Shown here piece by piece: positions 6,485-10,558 of a DNA stretch of 10,558 bases. Both the position numbers and the translations under genes were made by a program. Origin of the DNA: Chthonomonadales bacterium (GTDB lineage: Bacteria > Armatimonadota > Chthonomonadetes > Chthonomonadales > Chthonomonadaceae); NCBI GenBank assembly GCA_038217285.1, contig JBBQPO010000219.1:1-10558 (forward strand), given 5' to 3'. Position 1 is the stretch's first letter. Every line of letters starts with the position of its first letter. A model generated the notes under the pieces. That model saw nothing but the letters and a program-made list of their open reading frames with translations, made no database searches and had not been told where the DNA came from.

Positions 6485-7378
6485 ATGAAACTAAAACCTC
6501 TTTTCGCGATGGCAGGGCTGACAGCAGCTATCGGACTTAGCCTTGCAGTCCCCTGCGCCCAGGCTCAGGGCGGCGGCGGGCGGCGTGGCGGCTTCGGAGC
6601 CGGAGCGCAGGTCGGCGGCGGCAACGCCATGCAGATGATGATGGGCGGCGGCGGTAGTGTCGTCGAACCGGCCCGTTCGGCAAAGGCCCGACTGGTCTAT
6701 CGTCCGGAAGTACAGATCGCCCTTGGCCTCGATCTCAAGCAGAAGAACGCGCTGGACGCCCTCGTCGACGTGCAGAGGCAGAACGGGCAGAAGATGGGGC
6801 AGGATATGCGCACCCTGTTCCAGGGTCTGCGCGGACAGACCCAGCCAGCCACTCCGGAAGAGCGCCAGCAGAAGATGCAGGAGATGACCGATAAAGCGAA
6901 AGGGATCGCGCAGGGCTATCAGGACGACATCGACAAGAGGATCGACGAGATTCTGACGCCGAAGCAGCGCAAACGCCTGAGCGAGATCGATCTGCGGTGG
7001 CGCGGGCCGATGGCTCTTGTGGACCCGAAAGTGGCGGATCAGGCCGCCATCGGAGCCGACGACAAGCAAAAGGTGCAGGACGCCTACAAAGCGTTTACCG
7101 ATGCTCGCCAAACACTGATCCAGTCGATGATGCCCGCCGGTTTCCGCAACCGCTTTGCAGGCGGCGCTTCCGGCGCGGCTGCGCCTGCCGCGCCCGCTCA
7201 ACCCGCCCCAACTCTGAGTCCGGAAGAACAGGCGGCGGCGCAAAAGAAAGCCCTCCGGGATTTCGAGAAGAGCCGCAAAGCGATGGGAGTCAAACTCGTC
7301 GCCGCTCTCTCGCCCCCCGCTGCCACGGCCTGGCAGGGAATGATCGGGGCGCCCTTCACATTCCGCGACAACGATTAG
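6485..7378 (+). CDS. Secreted alpha-helical protein, Spy/CpxP-like (LTXXQ motif) family, paralog 1
   Basis: SD AGGAGA at 6470-6475. Sec signal peptide ending AQA|Q, then a Gly-rich N-terminus. The core is Q/M/K/E-rich and helical, with ILTPKQRKRLSEIDLRWRGPMALVDPKVA, followed by an Ala/Pro linker and C-terminal WQGMIGAPFTF. The chaperone function is inferred. Confidence 0.7.
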   Translation: MKLKPLFAMAGLTAAIGLSLAVPCAQAQGGGGRRGGFGAGAQVGGGNAMQMMMGGGGSVVEPARSAKARLVYRPEVQIALGLDLKQKNALDALVDVQRQNGQKMGQDMRTLFQGLRGQTQPATPEERQQKMQEMTDKAKGIAQGYQDDIDKRIDEILTPKQRKRLSEIDLRWRGPMALVDPKVADQAAIGADDKQKVQDAYKAFTDARQTLIQSMMPAGFRNRFAGGASGAAAPAAPAQPAPTLSPEEQAAAQKKALRDFEKSRKAMGVKLVAALSPPAATAWQGMIGAPFTFRDND

Positions 7379-7436
7379 TCGCTCTGTCCCGTCGACTTCC
7401 CAGCGCCAACATCCTTCGGAAGTCGGCGGCAGCGAC
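7378..7436 (+). other. Intercistronic stem-loop
   Basis: CCGTCGACTTCC (7389-7400) pairs with GGAAGTCGGCGG (7418-7429) using one U-G pair around a 17-nt loop. An outer stem forms between GTCGCT (7378-7383) and AGCGAC (7431-7436). No U-tract follows directly. Confidence 0.6.
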
Positions 7437-7488
7437 CGCCTCTGGTTTCCCTGCATGAACTCTCCATCCGAGAAAGAGACTTCTCCCA

Positions 7489-8355
7489 ATGCTAAGAAAT
7501 AAACGATTCGCCCTTCTGAGCGCTGCCGCACTCTTCGGTCTGATGAATGCCGCTTCTGTTTTGCCGGCTCAGGCGCAGGGTCGCGTTCCCCTGGGCAGTC
7601 CGCCAAACTTCAATGTTCCGCCTTCGCTCTTTTTCGGCTTTGTCGGACAGGCTGGCGGCGGCATCGATCCGACGCACAGCAACGCCATGCAACTGCTCCA
7701 GCGCAACGACGTGCGCAACGAGATCGTCCTCGATCTCAAACAACAGAACGCGCTGGAAGACCTCCGAACGAAATCACAACAAGAGTTTCAGACCACGCTG
7801 CGCACCAACATCCAGGAGAGCATCAAAGCCTTGCAGAACGTCCCTCAGGATCAGCAGCAGACCCAGATTCAAGACCGCATGGACCAGTTCGCCACGACGA
7901 TGCAGACGTTCCAGGGCGATCTCGACAAACGTACGGAGGCGATTTTGCGGCCGAAACAGGTTAAACGCCTGCACGAACTCGATCTGCAGTGGCGCGGGCC
8001 GTTGGCGTTCAGTGACCCGAAAGTCGCGGAAGCGCTGAAACTCACTCCCGAACAGACAGTCAAGGTCAGTGCCATCCTCAAAGAGTTCATGGATCTGCAG
8101 CAGAAAGTCCTGACACAGGCCATGGTGCCTGCACCGAATCCTAACGACAATGGTCAGCCGCAGCCTACGACTCCACAGGAGCGGATGCAGCAGATGCAGA
8201 AAAAGATCTATGCGGCCACGCACACCCGCGAAATGGAGAAATCCAAAAAGCAGGACGAAGCGAAACTGCTCGACCTGCTGACGCCCGCACAAAAAGAGCC
8301 GTGGACCACGATGCAGGGAACGATGTTTGTCTTCCGTAAAACCGAAGTACCCTAA
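7489..8355 (+). CDS. Secreted alpha-helical protein, Spy/CpxP-like (LTXXQ motif) family, paralog 2
   Basis: Signal peptide ending AQA|Q. Motifs include LDLKQQNAL, ILRPKQVKRLHELDLQWRGPLAFSDPKVAEALKLTPEQ and LLTPAQKEPW. It is clearly homologous to 6485-7378. Confidence 0.72.
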   Translation: MLRNKRFALLSAAALFGLMNAASVLPAQAQGRVPLGSPPNFNVPPSLFFGFVGQAGGGIDPTHSNAMQLLQRNDVRNEIVLDLKQQNALEDLRTKSQQEFQTTLRTNIQESIKALQNVPQDQQQTQIQDRMDQFATTMQTFQGDLDKRTEAILRPKQVKRLHELDLQWRGPLAFSDPKVAEALKLTPEQTVKVSAILKEFMDLQQKVLTQAMVPAPNPNDNGQPQPTTPQERMQQMQKKIYAATHTREMEKSKKQDEAKLLDLLTPAQKEPWTTMQGTMFVFRKTEVP

Positions 8356-8374
8356 GTTCCCCTGAAGTGCCGAC

Positions 8375-8422
8375 GGAAGGCTCCGCAGAGAAAGATTTCT
8401 CTGCGGAGCCTTCCCTTTTGTT
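8375..8422 (+). terminator. Rho-independent terminator, possibly bidirectional
   Basis: Perfect 19-bp inverted repeat GGAAGGCTCCGCAGAGAAA (8375-8393) / TTTCTCTGCGGAGCCTTCC (8396-8414), followed by CTTTTGTT. It sits between convergent stops at 8355 and 8454. Confidence 0.85.
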
Positions 8423-8453
8423 CAGGGCTATTTGTGCCTGGTCCTCCTCCCCC

Positions 8454-9554
8454 TTATAGCTCGCGGGGACGGAGGGAGCCCAACTCTTTCCCATCCGGGG
8501 TGAGGCGCAGTGTGCCGAAACGGAGGATATGCGCAGCGTCCGGACTGCGTACCGGCGTCCGAACCCCAAGGGTACGTCGGCGAAAATCCAGGGCCTCCAA
8601 CAGGCCGAGGCCCAGCAGCTTCCCGCTCCCGCTCTCCAGACCGAGCAGCAGATGCCGCAGGCGCGGAGCGACGGTCATGGCGAAGGCTAGAGGCTTCAAC
8701 TGCTCCTGAACCATCGCGAGGCCTGGCGCATCTGCCGCCAGCGGTTCGCTGACCATCAGGCCGAGCACCCGGTCACACATCTCGGCATGATAGACGCGGG
8801 CGTGGAAGCCCAACGCCTGATTGAGAAACTTGAGCAGATGCGGCGGCAGGGGGTCGCTGCCCGCCAGCCACGTTCCGACCAGCGCGACATCATCGAATGA
8901 GAAGGTGTGCAGGGTCGTCGTCTCAAAGTAGGAGGCGAAACGCATGGCCCGCCGCTGAGCCCGAAACCCCGGCGACTTGCGGGTGATCGCCACAGGAACG
9001 GGCGGCGTATGCACACGGCATGCGGACCGACGACGCATCGGGGCCAGGATAGGCTCCAGTTCTCCATCACGCTGCAGCGCAATGACATGCGCTGGCTGCA
9101 GCAGGTCGAACTCGATCTGGTGCAGTCGTCTGGCTCCCCCCCCCTGAATATAGCCGCACGTATCCACGACCAGCATACGCTCCCCGGCGAGAGCGGCGAG
9201 TCGGCTCGTACCGGCGGCGTGTTCGAGAAGGTGGGCTGCCGGGGAGGTGTTCCCGACAAACGCCAGCGCCTGCGGCATGAGATCGGACAGCGCGCCGACC
9301 GGCGCGTCCACAAAGGCCAGGCCGATGCAGCCGGGCGGCCCGATTTCCGACTGCCCCGGATCGGTATCCAGCAGCGCCACCCGCTTCCCTGCGGCGGCGG
9401 CCCGGTTGACCAGCAGGCGTGTAAAGGTGGTCTTACCGACATCCATGCCTCCGATCAGTTGGACAGGGCCGCCCGTTGCCAGAACGGCGTCGAGCGTCAA
9501 CTCCCATTCGGCATAGAGTTCGGCCTCCGGAACGCTCAAGGTCGTCGCCGCCAT
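8454..9554 (-). CDS. Clp1/Grc3/Nol9-family polynucleotide 5'-hydroxyl kinase (bacterial Clp1), 366 aa
   Basis: Walker A GGMDVGKTT, family motif DTDPGQSEIGPPG, FVGNTSP, Walker B/clasp VVDTCGY and Arg lid RAQRRAMRFASYF. The C-terminus is Clp1-like (LLGL...LGLGLLEALDF...VRTP...LRFGTLRL). Confidence 0.88.
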   Translation of the reverse strand: MAATTLSVPEAELYAEWELTLDAVLATGGPVQLIGGMDVGKTTFTRLLVNRAAAAGKRVALLDTDPGQSEIGPPGCIGLAFVDAPVGALSDLMPQALAFVGNTSPAAHLLEHAAGTSRLAALAGERMLVVDTCGYIQGGGARRLHQIEFDLLQPAHVIALQRDGELEPILAPMRRRSACRVHTPPVPVAITRKSPGFRAQRRAMRFASYFETTTLHTFSFDDVALVGTWLAGSDPLPPHLLKFLNQALGFHARVYHAEMCDRVLGLMVSEPLAADAPGLAMVQEQLKPLAFAMTVAPRLRHLLLGLESGSGKLLGLGLLEALDFRRRTLGVRTPVRSPDAAHILRFGTLRLTPDGKELGSLRPREL

Positions 9555-9564
9555 CCCGTGCGAA

Positions 9565-10302
9565 TCATCGCGGCCTGCTCTCTTGAACGTGCTGCAGCAG
9601 CGCGGACACGTCGGCCGTACCGGATACGGAGAGCTGACCTCGCGCCGTCGTCACATTGGTAATCTGAACAGGGAAAGGCAGCGTAGAGAAATCGAGGGAG
9701 TTCTCGAAACGTCGTTTGAGAAACTGCAACGGTGCCCCCGTGATCGGAAGCCCGACCACGACAAAGCGGGTCGGATCGAGTTCGATGCGGCGGGAAGGCA
9801 GTACGCGCAACGGCCCGGTGAAGCTGAAGGGCACACCAACTCCCAGCACGACCCTCTCTGCGGCGAGCGTCACGCGTCCGGCGTTCAACGTCAGATGCAG
9901 CTTCTGAATCGTCTCCCCCTCTGGCGCTTCGCCCGCCAGAAACTCATTCAGACTGTTCTCCCCTACCGTCGCCGTAAAGCGCGCCTCCTGCACACTCCGC
10001 ACACGCTGGGCCTTCGTATCGATATCCACGCCTTTCAAGTCCAGATGAAATCGATCCAGCAGCAGACCATCGGGCAACTGGACATCGTCTCCATCAATCG
10101 CGACTGCGGAAATATGCCCCTTCAACGTGCTCTGCGGTGTACCCTCGATGTGGGCACGGTACTGCCGCGCCAGTCCCAGTAGATCAGGCAGGGTATCCCG
10201 AATCTTGCGCTCCGCTGTTCGATTGACCGTCCGCGTACAGCCACACAGTGTGACCAATCCTATCAGGAGCGCCACCTTCGGAACACGTTGTCTCTTTGCC
10301 AT
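9565..10302 (-). CDS. DUF2993 / LmeA-like predicted lipoprotein, 245 aa
   Basis: Basic N-terminus, hydrophobic stretch and lipobox-like LCGC (Cys22). The beta-rich body resembles DUF2993 (AERKIRDTL...LKGHISAVAIDGDDV, ATVGENSLNEFL, LPFPVQITNV...GQLSVSG). It ends 10 nt upstream of the Clp1 start. Confidence 0.65.
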   Translation of the reverse strand: MAKRQRVPKVALLIGLVTLCGCTRTVNRTAERKIRDTLPDLLGLARQYRAHIEGTPQSTLKGHISAVAIDGDDVQLPDGLLLDRFHLDLKGVDIDTKAQRVRSVQEARFTATVGENSLNEFLAGEAPEGETIQKLHLTLNAGRVTLAAERVVLGVGVPFSFTGPLRVLPSRRIELDPTRFVVVGLPITGAPLQFLKRRFENSLDFSTLPFPVQITNVTTARGQLSVSGTADVSALLQHVQESRPR

Positions 10303-10448
10303 TATCGCCCGTCTTTCTCATTCCCAACCCGCCCGAGGTACTGTGCCCTACAGTTCTTTATCAGACACTCGAAATCCTGTCTCGTCCACAGTCTGGCACG
10401 ATGGAATGAATTAATCGAACGGGTGCGTTCCGTTTCATTTGGAGGGAG

Positions 10449-10478
10449 TTGGCTTCCTGTGTCACTTTCTGGTAATCT
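10449..10478 (+). promoter_or_regulatory. Candidate sigma70 promoter with extended -10
   Basis: TTGGCT (10449-10454), 18-nt spacer, TAATCT (10473-10478) preceded by TG at 10470-10471. Confidence 0.45.
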
Positions 10479-10514
10479 GTTTGATCTCACTCAGTCAGCC
10501 ACCAGGAGGCTCTC

Positions 10515-10558
10515 ATGTCCGCCAACTCCCAAGAGATTGTACAACAAGTCCGGCAAGA
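10515..10558 (+). CDS. Start of a CDS running off the window (MSANSQEIVQQVRQ...), possibly an ISKra4-family transposase
   Basis: Perfect SD AGGAGG at 10504-10509, then ATG 10515 and an open frame to the window end. The CDS start is well supported, but the product call rests on only 14 residues. Confidence 0.55.
   Translation, partial: MSANSQEIVQQVRQ

Larger units (their letters stand above)
10421..10558 (+). mobile_element. Possible left end of an insertion sequence (ISKra4-like), truncated by the window edge
   Basis: GGGTGCGTTCCGTTTCATTT at 10421 resembles a GGG-initiated IS terminus as I recall them. It is followed by a promoter-like TTGGCT-18-TAATCT, SD AGGAGG and an ORF start. The right end is not visible. 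Confidence 0.4.

Noticed and set aside
6491..7606. 371-aa - strand ORF
   Set aside because: Antisense shadow of paralog 1 with no recognisable domain or SD.
4331..9554. One unified phosphate/nucleic-acid system spanning pit, deoC and Clp1
   Set aside because: Clp1 is in a separate, convergent transcription unit beyond two unrelated genes and a strong terminator. Nothing in the sequence links it to pit-deoC.
8907..10182. + strand ORFs 8907-9662 and 9583-10182
   Set aside because: Antisense to Clp1 and DUF2993, with shadow-like composition and no motifs.

Overview
GC-rich bacterial chromosomal segment. The gene repertoire is suggestive of Armatimonadota or a Planctomycetota/Acidobacteriota-like lineage, but that is inference only. 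In order it holds: the 3' end of a CRTAC1/ASPIC-UnbV (FG-GAP) gene coupled to a membrane-anchored TPR protein; a serine esterase (GLSMGG); a stand-alone NarL-type receiver domain; a DUF47/PhoU-like gene transcribed divergently from a PiT phosphate transporter, which runs directly into a eukaryote-like deoC; two tandem paralogous secreted Spy/CpxP-like (LTXXQ) helical proteins behind a candidate ECF-sigma promoter; a perfect 19-bp hairpin; a minus-strand operon of a DUF2993/LmeA-like lipoprotein and a bacterial Clp1-family polynucleotide 5'-kinase; and, at the right edge, the first 14 codons of a gene that may be an ISKra4-type transposase. The most notable points are the Clp1-lipoprotein operon (with an in-frame G9 tract), the divergent DUF47/pit-deoC arrangement with a Pho-box-like repeat, and the ECF promoter / possible leaderless uORF / tandem chaperone-like unit. 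No CRISPR array, rRNA or tRNA was seen. All family assignments come from motif recognition, not database searches.
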